Shown: positions 1 through 6,746, numbered from the stretch's first letter. The stretch is 64,000 nucleotides of DNA from Candidatus Falkowbacteria bacterium GW2011_GWF2_43_32 (GCA_000999715.1 LCGL01000001.1:323139-387138), one strand, 5' to 3'. Notes: generated by a model not told the origin, from the letters alone. Translations and numbers: made by a program.

Positions 1-304
1 CGACCACGACTTGTCTGTTTCCGATCTGAACCGAAACCGTGGGCGACATCTTTTTCAAACCGCGAAAACTGAAAGCTTTTTTTAAACCGTCTTTTCTCCG
101 ACCGGACGCTTTGGCCGCCGAATAAGCATAACCCAATTTATTAAGTAAGGTTATGCCCACCATGGGAAATTTTTGATCGGCCGCCGCTTTAAGAATGTCT
201 CCGGCTAAAATTCCCAGCCCGCCGGCATAATTATTCAAGTCCTCGGCCACGGCTATTTCCATGCTGAAATAGGCGACCACCGGCTGTTTCTTTTTCAAGG
301 TCAT
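1..304 (-). CDS. glgP: alpha-glucan phosphorylase (GlgP/GT35 family), N-terminal fragment; the gene continues beyond the window start
   Basis: Own translation from the ATG at 304 (minus strand): MTLKKKQPVVAYFSMEIAVAEDLNNYAGGLGILAGDILKAAADQKFPMVGITLLNK... This carries the YFSME..GGLG.LAGD N-terminal signature of alpha-glucan phosphorylases. It is missing from the ORF track because there is no stop codon in the window. Confidence 0.7.
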   Translation of the reverse strand, partial: MTLKKKQPVVAYFSMEIAVAEDLNNYAGGLGILAGDILKAAADQKFPMVGITLLNKLGYAYSAAKASGRRKDGLKKAFSFRGLKKMSPTVSVQIGNRQVVV

Positions 305-318
305 ATTTTTCCATTAAT

Positions 319-1560
319 TTAACCGAACATCAACACTTGCGGCCAAAATATCAACAACAAACCGATGGCCAGCATTAACAGGCCGCCAATCAAACGGGAG
401 GCGCGCGTATATTTGGTGGTCACGCCGGTTACCCGCAAAGTAATCATGGCCGCGAAGAAAACAAACAAATCATCCAACATGAAAATAAAAATATATAATG
501 CGATATAAGAATAGTGTTGCCATTTGGTCAGATCGCTCAACGCCAAGATCTGCGTATACACCGCCGGCAAACCGGCCGAACAAATCAACTCCACTAAATT
601 AACGGCAAAAGCCAAAATGATTATGCCTCCCAACGCCAACCAAAAACTAGGCAACTGCGTAATCGCCCGTAATCTCCCAAAAACTCTCTGTCTTTTTTCG
701 CCGCTGACAACTTTACAGCTGTCGTCTTTACGGACAAAAAATTCTTTCAAGCTGTACGCTCCGCCCAAGAGAGCAACCAATCCAATCAATATTCTCACCC
801 ACAAAACAAAACCTAAAAATAAAATCAAATTAAGCCAGGCGGCCATGAATACAAAATAAACCGAAGCCGAAGCGACAATGAAGGCAATTCCCAAAATCCA
901 CATCCTTTTCCGGTTCTGCATGCCCAATAACAAGCCGATTAAAAACAAAAGGGTCCACATGGCACAGGGGTTAAAACCGTCCAAAGCGCCCATAATCACC
1001 GTCAATACCGGTAAAGAAAAAGAATTTAAATCCACTCGTCCCAAGAAAGGAATGTCCATTTCCTTTTTTTCTTGTCCGCCCTCTTCCGTGACGTTCGCCG
1101 CTGTTTGGACATCATCGCCCGAAATCTCTTGATCAAACGTTGCCTCATCCTCCTTGTCCAAGCCGACAATGCCGGCCGTTACATTCGGACAAGTTTGTTC
1201 CAAACAAAAAGCGACGCGATCGCCAAGCTCCGCGGGACTGGAAGATTCGGAAAAACCGACAAAACTTTTATCGCCGATAATGGTAAACGGAATGCCCTCG
1301 ACTCTCGCGCCCAACTCTCGTCCGACTTTCTGCAAAAGCAAAGCGTTGCTCCGATTATTATAGATTTCAAAATCATGAACGCGTATTTGCGGATATTGTT
1401 GTTCCAACTTATCAAGATAAATTTCCTCTTTGGCACAATGCGGGCAACCGTCTCCCCAAAAAAAATAAATATCCAATTCATCGCCGGCCGAAGCAAAATT
1501 TGCGGTCGACAACAAAATAACGATTGCTATCAAAAAACCCCATATTTTTATTCTTTTCAT
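319..1560 (-). CDS. thioredoxin-fold domain fused to a CcdA/DsbD-like membrane thiol-disulfide transporter
   Basis: ORF track 319..1581. The N-terminal part has a signal/TM segment and WGDGCPHC (a CxxC thioredoxin/glutaredoxin motif). The C-terminal part has multiple TM segments with the FNPCAMW motif typical of the DsbD/CcdA family. I prefer the ATG at 1560 (MKRIKIWGF...) because the longer start overlaps the upstream gene. Confidence 0.65.
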   Translation of the reverse strand: MKRIKIWGFLIAIVILLSTANFASAGDELDIYFFWGDGCPHCAKEEIYLDKLEQQYPQIRVHDFEIYNNRSNALLLQKVGRELGARVEGIPFTIIGDKSFVGFSESSSPAELGDRVAFCLEQTCPNVTAGIVGLDKEDEATFDQEISGDDVQTAANVTEEGGQEKKEMDIPFLGRVDLNSFSLPVLTVIMGALDGFNPCAMWTLLFLIGLLLGMQNRKRMWILGIAFIVASASVYFVFMAAWLNLILFLGFVLWVRILIGLVALLGGAYSLKEFFVRKDDSCKVVSGEKRQRVFGRLRAITQLPSFWLALGGIIILAFAVNLVELICSAGLPAVYTQILALSDLTKWQHYSYIALYIFIFMLDDLFVFFAAMITLRVTGVTTKYTRASRLIGGLLMLAIGLLLIFWPQVLMFG

Positions 1561-1570
1561 ATTTTCTGTT

Positions 1571-2311
1571 TTAGTGATCAAGCAATTTCACGGCCGACAT
1601 CAAAACTATTCCCAAAATAAACACCACAAACAAGCTCATGGATTTTTTCAAGTTGGCTTCTTTCCGTATTTCCGGCATCAAGTCGGAGGCGGCGATATAA
1701 ATAAACCCGCCGGCGGCAAAAGGCAAAAGATACGGAATAATGCCCTCCAAAGAAAAGGAAATAAAATATCCGACTACGCCGCCCGCCACGACGGTCAGGG
1801 CGACCAAATAATTTACCAACAAAGCCTGGCCTCTTTTCAATCCGGCATGAATCAAAACGCCGAAGTCGCCTATCTCTTGAGGAATTTCATGCAAAGCGAT
1901 CGCTAAAGTTGTAGCCAGACCCAAACGAAAATCCACCAAAAAAGTGCTGGCGATAACCAAACCGTCAATAAAATTATGCAAAGAATCTCCGACCAAATTC
2001 ATATATCCGAAAGTGTGTACCGAACAATCGCCTTTATGACAATGGTGCCAAAACAATAACTTTTCCATGAAGAAAAAGAAAATAAAAGAGGCCAAAACTA
2101 TCAAATAAAGCCGATCGGCGGCGATTTTTCCGGCTGCTTCCGGCAAAAGATGCAAAAAAGCTCCGCCCATCAAAACTCCGGCCGAAAGAGCCAAAAGAAA
2201 TATCGTAATTTTATTCAAGGTTGTTTCTTTAAAATACAAAAACAAAACCGCCAGCCAAACACAAAGACTGATCGCCAGACAAGCTAAAATAATAATGAGC
2301 AACACTCCCAT
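1571..2311 (-). CDS. ZIP-family divalent metal (zinc) transporter
   Basis: 246-aa polytopic protein with the HEIPQEIGDFGVL motif and an HHCHKGDCSVH His-rich loop, both characteristic of ZIP/ZupT transporters. Confidence 0.8.
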   Translation of the reverse strand: MGVLLIIILACLAISLCVWLAVLFLYFKETTLNKITIFLLALSAGVLMGGAFLHLLPEAAGKIAADRLYLIVLASFIFFFFMEKLLFWHHCHKGDCSVHTFGYMNLVGDSLHNFIDGLVIASTFLVDFRLGLATTLAIALHEIPQEIGDFGVLIHAGLKRGQALLVNYLVALTVVAGGVVGYFISFSLEGIIPYLLPFAAGGFIYIAASDLMPEIRKEANLKKSMSLFVVFILGIVLMSAVKLLDH

Positions 2312-2329
2312 AGATTTATGTTAGAAGAT

Positions 2330-3019
2330 TTATTTTTTTATCACGGCCACATCAAAAGAAATCACCACCTGGTCGTCAATAACGTTATCGGCTAAATTAT
2401 CAAAAAAATTTCCCGATCCGTATTTGACTTCCCATTGCGTTCTATCCCAAGAAAATTGCGATTTAATTCTGGTCTCCTCGCCTTGTTGATAAATCGTCAA
2501 GGGCAAAGAAAGCTCCCGAACAGTATCTTTAACGGTTAATTCTCCGTTTACCGACACCACTCCGTCAATCATAATTTCAAACGATTCTAAAACTTGAAAT
2601 TTAATTGTCGGAAAATCGCTAACGGCGAAAAAATCTGCCGATTGCAAATGATTGGCCAAACCGTCTTGACCGCGACCGGATCCCGTCACATCAACGCGCA
2701 AACTGTTCATATCCAAAACTATCAGCCCGTCGCTAACCCTTCCCTCTTGAACCGTAAACGCCCCGGAACGAATAGCTACTGTGCCCAAATCGGAATAATC
2801 GGTTTTCAACGGCTTGCGCCCACTCCACATAATTCTGTCGCCTTTCTGAAAAAAATATTCTCCATCCGATAAATTCACGCCTCGCGCCGATTCCTTTTCC
2901 TGTTTTTCCGCATCGCCGACCAAAGCGGCTAAATTTTGATTATTCCCCTTATTTCTCAAAACCAAAAACCCAATCACCAACACAACTATGATCAACAAGC
3001 TATATAAAAAATATTTCAT
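2330..3019 (-). CDS. YceI-like domain protein with an N-terminal membrane anchor
   Basis: 229 aa with an N-terminal TM segment. The pattern F.....S.I.W.G.K.....H.G...NGELT..D..R...L.. resembles YceI-family lipid-binding proteins. Confidence 0.6.
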   Translation of the reverse strand: MKYFLYSLLIIVVLVIGFLVLRNKGNNQNLAALVGDAEKQEKESARGVNLSDGEYFFQKGDRIMWSGRKPLKTDYSDLGTVAIRSGAFTVQEGRVSDGLIVLDMNSLRVDVTGSGRGQDGLANHLQSADFFAVSDFPTIKFQVLESFEIMIDGVVSVNGELTVKDTVRELSLPLTIYQQGEETRIKSQFSWDRTQWEVKYGSGNFFDNLADNVIDDQVVISFDVAVIKK

Positions 3020-3103
3020 AAGTTAAAATGATTAAATTTAAATTAGATTTTAGTTATTATATGATAGCAAAAATATCATATTTTGAAAACCCGCCTCAAA
3101 TCC

Positions 3104-4306
3104 CTACAGATACCGCGGTAAACGGCGCTTGGTTTTCAGGCTGGGAACCTTGATACAATAGATTAAAGCCCAAAAAATCCGGGCCAAACGACTTCGCAAA
3201 TGCCAGCCCCAGAGATTGCCTAAGGCCGATTTTTTACCCAAAGTCAAAAATTCACCGCGATGCTTATAAACAAAAGGCCGCAAGGGTTTGTTGAGCACAA
3301 GTGCTTCAATGTTTCTCGCCGCCACGACAGCCTGTTGATTGGCTACTTGCGCCAATCCGGGAAGAGGTCCCCCGTTTACCAGCAAACAAGAACTGTCCCC
3401 TAAACACAGAACGTTACGATGACCTTTCATTAATAATTCCGGAGTAATTTCCAGCCGGCCATTAACCGCCACCGGCTGATTGCCTAAAAATTCAGGAGTT
3501 TGCGCTTTAAGACCCGCGGCCCAAATAATATTTTCGGCCATAATTTCTTGACCGTTTTGCAAAACAATCCCTCGCGGCGACAAAGATTCCGCCAAAGAAT
3601 TAAAAATAATTTCCACGCCGATTTTATCAAAACATTTTCGAGCTTCGGCTCTCATCCAAGCGGGAAAAGAGGCCAAAATTTCCTGTCCGCGACTAATCAG
3701 TTTTACCGAAAACTCATTATCGCGCAAATGACTGCCCGCACTCAAAAAATGTTTCTGTTGATTCAACAATTGTTCTTGAATATGGGCCGCCAGCTCGACT
3801 CCGGTGGGACCGGCGCCTAAAACGGCAAAAGATAACAGTTGTCGCCGACGTTGTTCGTCACTTTCTTGAGAAGCAAGCAATAAAGCTTTTTCAATTTTGT
3901 CGCTTAAGCGAAGGGCGTCGTCAATGTCTTGAAATTTATAAATTCGGGAGCTTTCTGCCGGAAAAAAAATATCAGCTTTAGCTCCGGTGGCAATAACCAA
4001 AATATCAAAAGTCAAAATCGTTTTTTTCAATCGGACTTGACGCCGCTCCAGATCAACGGCGATTATTTCTTGATGATAAAAAGTCGTCCGCTTATCCAAT
4101 AAGCTCACCAAAGGAATGGCCACCTCGTCCGATCGCAAACGACCGAAAATCAATTCGGGCAACAAAGGAGTAAACAAAAAATAATCTCGCCGATCTACCA
4201 AAGCCAGCTCTATCAGTCCGCGACGCTGAAGCGGCTTTAACAGTTTGGCGGTTTTAATCCCGCCGAATCCCGCTCCCAAAATGACGACTCTTTGTTTATT
4301 TGTCAT
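3104..4306 (-). CDS. ndh: type II NADH dehydrogenase / FAD-dependent pyridine nucleotide-disulfide oxidoreductase
   Basis: 400 aa with an N-terminal VVILGAGFGG Rossmann motif and a second GAGPTGVE dinucleotide-binding motif. The length and layout fit NDH-2. Confidence 0.75.
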   Translation of the reverse strand: MTNKQRVVILGAGFGGIKTAKLLKPLQRRGLIELALVDRRDYFLFTPLLPELIFGRLRSDEVAIPLVSLLDKRTTFYHQEIIAVDLERRQVRLKKTILTFDILVIATGAKADIFFPAESSRIYKFQDIDDALRLSDKIEKALLLASQESDEQRRRQLLSFAVLGAGPTGVELAAHIQEQLLNQQKHFLSAGSHLRDNEFSVKLISRGQEILASFPAWMRAEARKCFDKIGVEIIFNSLAESLSPRGIVLQNGQEIMAENIIWAAGLKAQTPEFLGNQPVAVNGRLEITPELLMKGHRNVLCLGDSSCLLVNGGPLPGLAQVANQQAVVAARNIEALVLNKPLRPFVYKHRGEFLTLGKKSALGNLWGWHLRSRLARIFWALIYCIKVPSLKTKRRLPRYL

Positions 4307-4334
4307 GGCCGAATTTTATCATAAATTGTCTTAA

Positions 4335-4364
4335 TAAAAAAGAGCTCCCGAAAGCTCATTTTTT
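4335..4364. terminator. bidirectional intrinsic terminator upstream of ndh
   Basis: Hairpin GAGCTCCCGAAAGCTC (4342-4357), flanked by an A-run on the left and TTTTTT on the right. Confidence 0.6.
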
Positions 4365-4416
4365 GTAAATATGGTATTTTCACCAACTATTTTTGGGCAT
4401 TAAACCATAAATTAAT

Positions 4417-4444
4417 ATAAAAAGCCCACGTTTTATAGTGGGCT
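4417..4444 (-). terminator. intrinsic terminator of mini-unit 1
   Basis: Minus strand reads AGCCCAC-TATAAAAC-GTGGGCT followed by TTTTTAT. Confidence 0.6.
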
Positions 4445-4480
4445 CTTGCCTTCTCCTTTAAAGGCATTAAACAGTTTGTG

Positions 4481-4582
4481 TTAATAACAACCCTGTTTCC
4501 CAGTCGTTTTCAACAACTCCCTCTTTTGGTGATTTCGTGGCGAGCCGCGAGAATTTTTAACACTTTTTCTAATGTACTTCAT
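4481..4582 (-). CDS. 33-aa highly basic small protein (mini-unit 1), function unknown
   Basis: Own translation: MKYIRKSVKNSRGSPRNHQKRELLKTTGKQGCY*. A GGAGG sequence lies 8 nt upstream of the ATG, which is rare in this window. The ORF has its own TTGACA-17-TATTAT promoter and its own terminator. It is too short for the ORF track. Confidence 0.45.
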   Translation of the reverse strand: MKYIRKSVKNSRGSPRNHQKRELLKTTGKQGCY

Positions 4583-4623
4583 GTCTTTTTCCTCCATATT
4601 AAGTTAATACTAAAGACATTTAA

Positions 4624-4652
4624 ATAATATATCTGTTATACCTTCTTGTCAA
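4624..4652 (-). promoter_or_regulatory. sigma70-type promoter of mini-unit 1
   Basis: Minus strand: TTGACA (4652-4647), 17-nt spacer, TATTAT (4629-4624). Confidence 0.6.
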
Positions 4653-4733
4653 TTGGTTTACTTTCTCACAAAGAATCTATATTTTTAAAACAAAAAATGA
4701 CCATAAAATTATTTTTATACACCCCCTTACGGG

Positions 4734-4793
4734 GTGGCTAACCGCAAAACTTGGCAAACTTTTTTGATGGAGTGCTTGATACATTAAAAAAAA
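4734..4793. repeat. conserved inter-unit module, copy M1
   Basis: Plus strand: gtggctaaccgcaaaacttggcaaacttttttgatggagtgcttgatacattaaaaaaaacc. The first 40 nt differ from M4 at only 2 positions. All four copies share the core AAACTTG(G/A)(C/A)AAACTTTTTTGAT. Confidence 0.85.
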
Positions 4794-5013
4794 CCACCTA
4801 CATGAGATGGTTTTTGTAAAATAGTTCTTTAAGATACCGCAGTGATATCGCAATCCGCAAAGAGCTTCGGCCCACCCTCACAGGATGATTTTTTTATGCC
4901 TTAGCTACAATTCTGGGTTATCAACTCTTAGTGAGGACTTCCCCTTTAATTAGGTTAACCATCTTGCGAGTGATGGTCAGATACTTTGCCTAACTTTCTC
5001 AAAAAGAACTATA
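4785..5013 (-). ncRNA. candidate non-coding RNA A (mini-unit 2), about 229 nt, unknown family
   Basis: A promoter (TTGACT-16-TAAGAT) lies upstream. The terminator hairpin AACCATCT-CATGT-AGGTGGTT plus a U8 run is at 4812-4784. No start codon with a usable ORF is present. The 5' end (5012-5003) is perfectly complementary over 10 bp to 4830-4821, just before the terminator. There is also an internal hairpin ACCATC/GATGGT. Confidence 0.5.
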
Positions 5014-5018
5014 TTTAA

Positions 5019-5046
5019 ATCTTAACATTAGTATTCAAAAAGTCAA
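5019..5046 (-). promoter_or_regulatory. sigma70-type promoter of mini-unit 2
   Basis: Minus strand: TTGACT (5046-5041), 16-nt spacer, TAAGAT (5024-5019). Confidence 0.5.
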
Positions 5047-5112
5047 TAGATTGTACAACATTAAACTTAAAACAAAAAATAATTCCTAAAAAGAAATTGT
5101 TTTTATATATGA

Positions 5113-5176
5113 GTGGCTATTCGAGAAACTTGAAAAACTTTTTTGATTAAATATTTGATAAATTGATATAAAAAAG
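5113..5176. repeat. conserved inter-unit module, copy M2
   Basis: Plus strand: gtggctattcgagaaacttgaaaaacttttttgattaaatatttgataaattgatataaaaaag. It differs from M3 at about 1 position over roughly 48 nt. Confidence 0.85.
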
Positions 5177-5199
5177 ACCCGCGATATTGTTACGGATCT
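5170..5199 (-). terminator. intrinsic terminator of mini-unit 3
   Basis: Minus strand: AGATCCG-(11-nt loop)-CGGGTCT followed by TTTTTTA. Confidence 0.6.
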
Positions 5200-5245
5200 T
5201 ACAGTTTTTATTTAAACATATTTTGAGGGCATGAGCTAATAGTGA

Positions 5246-5398
5246 TTAAACCTCAAAATTTTCCCTAATGGAGTAAAGAAACGCCAACATGAAAGCTGCG
5301 CCAGCGCAAGCTAGAGTTATAACTGATGCTTCAGACTTCCAGTAAAAAACAAAAATGCCAAAAAGAATTGCTGTAAAATAATTAAAGAATGTTTTCAT
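5246..5398 (-). CDS. 50-aa two-TM hydrophobic peptide (mini-unit 3)
   Basis: Codon-by-codon translation: MKTFFNYFTAILFGIFVFYWKSEASVITLACAGAAFMLAFLYSIRENFEV*. An AGGAG sequence lies 9 nt upstream of the ATG. The ORF has its own promoter, a roughly 115-nt leader and a terminator. Confidence 0.5.
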   Translation of the reverse strand: MKTFFNYFTAILFGIFVFYWKSEASVITLACAGAAFMLAFLYSIRENFEV

Positions 5399-5430
5399 AA
5401 CTTATGACTCCTATTTTTAATGTTAAATAT

Positions 5431-5486
5431 AATTAGATTAATTATTAAGTTTACTAACATTAATAGACTTAATAATTAATCTAATT
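5431..5486. promoter_or_regulatory. perfect 20-bp inverted repeat in the 5' leader of mini-unit 3
   Basis: aattagattaattattaagt (5431-5450) is the exact reverse complement of 5467-5486, with a 16-nt loop. It lies between the predicted start site (about 5512) and the SD/ATG (5398). Confidence 0.8.
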
Positions 5487-5519
5487 TTAACCTTTTTGTA
5501 ATGAACTATATAACTAAAT

Positions 5520-5548
5520 AATATATCACATATATTATATTTTGTCAA
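5520..5548 (-). promoter_or_regulatory. sigma70-type promoter of mini-unit 3 (extended -10)
   Basis: Minus strand: TTGACA (5548-5543), 17-nt spacer ending in TGTGA, TATATT (5525-5520). Confidence 0.6.
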
Positions 5549-5635
5549 TCAATTTATATTATTTAATACTGTTGAGCCACATTTTAACCTTACATAATAG
5601 AAAAACCGAGCTTTCGGACCCGTGCTTTCCTTAAT

Positions 5636-5929
5636 CTATTCCCAAAAAATTAATACCAATGAAACAACCCCCAACAAGAAACCGATGATTTGAATTCTAT
5701 TAATCGGCTCCTTATAAAGCACCATCCCCAATATTACTGCGATAATAGCCGACGCCACAGAAAAAATAATTGCTCCTCTTCCTAGTCCGGCTCCATTTTT
5801 AAGAGAAAACAACCAAAAAGAATTTGCCACCAAATAAAGAGCAAGGCTGATTATTGCAAACCAAATTATTTTTTTTAGCGACCACTCTTTTGCAAATACG
5901 TCAGCAACTGCTTCAAAAATTATTAACAA
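5636..5929 (-). CDS. SMR/EmrE-like small multidrug-resistance-family membrane protein, possibly 5'-truncated
   Basis: 97 aa with four TM segments. The motif IIFEAVADVFAKEW aligns with the EmrE TM1 segment ILAEVIGTTLMKF, including the membrane-embedded Glu. The start is a TTG with no SD, only 5 nt from module M3. Confidence 0.5.
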   Translation of the reverse strand: MLIIFEAVADVFAKEWSLKKIIWFAIISLALYLVANSFWLFSLKNGAGLGRGAIIFSVASAIIAVILGMVLYKEPINRIQIIGFLLGVVSLVLIFWE

Positions 5930-5934
5930 TAAAA

Positions 5935-5988
5935 GCGGAAAACTTGAAAAACTTTTTTGATTAAGTATTTGATAAATTGATATAAAGA
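5935..5988. repeat. conserved inter-unit module, copy M3 (left part missing)
   Basis: Plus strand: gcggaaaacttgaaaaacttttttgattaagtatttgataaattgatataaagag. It lacks the GTGGCTA.. left end found in M1, M2 and M4. The SMR-like ORF starts where that end would be. Confidence 0.85.
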
Positions 5989-6238
5989 GAGGGCTAATTG
6001 CTTAGCCCTCAAAAATTTAGAACTCGTTGAACTGCTTTCAAGGCTATTTCACTCTATTCGCCCCTTCGATTAATAAGGACGGTATCTTATTTTTGACTCC
6101 GCTAAAGCTGGCGCCCTAGGTTCACAGTCTCCCGCCTATTCTGCACATTACTAATCTATCTTCAAGCCAACATACAGGAATTGGACCCGCTGGAGATATA
6201 ATCTCTTGCGCCCATTGCGCTACATTGTTTCTAAATTT
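5985..6238 (-). ncRNA. candidate non-coding RNA B (mini-unit 5), about 255 nt, unknown family
   Basis: The promoter is TTGACA-17-TAATAT. The terminator-like hairpin GAGGGCTAAGCAATTAGCCCTC (6010-5989) has only a weak U-tract. No ORF longer than 9 codons is present. The 5' end (6238-6228) pairs over 11 bp with 6023-6013, just before the terminal hairpin, which is the same architecture as RNA A. Confidence 0.45.
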
Positions 6239-6244
6239 AATTAA

Positions 6245-6273
6245 ATATTATAAATAAAATCAACTTTTGTCAA
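6245..6273 (-). promoter_or_regulatory. sigma70-type promoter of mini-unit 5
   Basis: Minus strand: TTGACA (6273-6268), 17-nt spacer, TAATAT (6250-6245). Confidence 0.6.
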
Positions 6274-6346
6274 CAAAAATACAGCAAGATCTATTTTAAC
6301 CCTCATATCCCAGAAAAAAGCAAAATAGTTCATTTTTCCCAAATAG

Positions 6347-6410
6347 GTGGTTAATCGCAAAACTTGGCAAACTTTTTTGATGGAGTATTTGGTGAGTTGA
6401 TAAAAAAGAG
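6347..6410. repeat. conserved inter-unit module, copy M4
   Basis: Plus strand: gtggttaatcgcaaaacttggcaaacttttttgatggagtatttggtgagttgataaaaaagag. Confidence 0.85.
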
Positions 6411-6433
6411 ACCCTTGATGTTATCGCGGGTCT
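6402..6433 (-). terminator. intrinsic terminator of mini-unit 6
   Basis: Minus strand: AGACCC-(12-nt loop)-GGGTCT followed by CTTTTTTAT. Confidence 0.6.
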
Positions 6434-6459
6434 AGAAATTAGGTAATAAAATCTTTAAT

Positions 6460-6609
6460 TTACATAAACATCAGAGACATCAAAATAAATACCGCAGCAA
6501 TAGCCCACGCAAGCGATGATTTTTTAGATTTTTTTTTAAAACTAAAATATAAACAAAGAATACCGGTAATGAATACTAACACTTTTAAAATTAGAATAAA
6601 AATTTCCAT
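6460..6609 (-). CDS. 49-aa two-TM hydrophobic peptide (mini-unit 6)
   Basis: Codon-by-codon translation: MEIFILILKVLVFITGILCLYFSFKKKSKKSSLAWAIAAVFILMSLMFM*. It has the same TM-charged loop-TM layout as the 5246-5398 peptide. Its leader carries a degenerate version of the unit-3 palindrome. The SD is weak (AGAAA). Confidence 0.4.
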   Translation of the reverse strand: MEIFILILKVLVFITGILCLYFSFKKKSKKSSLAWAIAAVFILMSLMFM

Positions 6610-6717
6610 TATTTCTATTTTTTAATTTAACAATTCGATTAATTCTTAAATTTACTATTTATAATAAACTTAATAATTAACCCAATCGTTTTTTGTAAAA
6701 GAACTATATAACGAAAT

Positions 6718-6746
6718 ATCATATCACATTTACTATTTTTTGTCAA
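6718..6746 (-). promoter_or_regulatory. sigma70-type promoter of mini-unit 6 (extended -10)
   Basis: Minus strand: TTGACA (6746-6741), 17-nt spacer ending in TGTGA, TATGAT (6723-6718). Confidence 0.6.

Noticed and set aside
4734-6400. A 17-aa ORF inside modules M1 and M4 (V(A/V)NRKTWQTFLME(C/Y)L(I/V)(H/S)*)
   Set aside because: The frame is open in M1 and M4 and some differences are synonymous. However, M2 has an in-frame TGA (TGG to TGA), M3 lacks the start region, and there is no SD or ATG. The conservation is better explained at the nucleotide level.
4734-6410. Could the four conserved modules be a CRISPR array?
   Set aside because: The repeats are 55-64 nt and AT-rich, and they fall into two subfamilies. 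Their spacing is irregular (379, 822 and 412 bp), and the intervening DNA contains promoters, terminators and ORFs. No cas genes are present in the window.
5175-6433. The unit-3 and unit-6 terminator hairpins looked like the same stem with an inverted loop (agacccgcgata shared with the reverse complement)
   Set aside because: Direct alignment (about 18/25) and reverse alignment (about 19/25) are equally good for this near-palindromic sequence. An inversion cannot be supported by eye.
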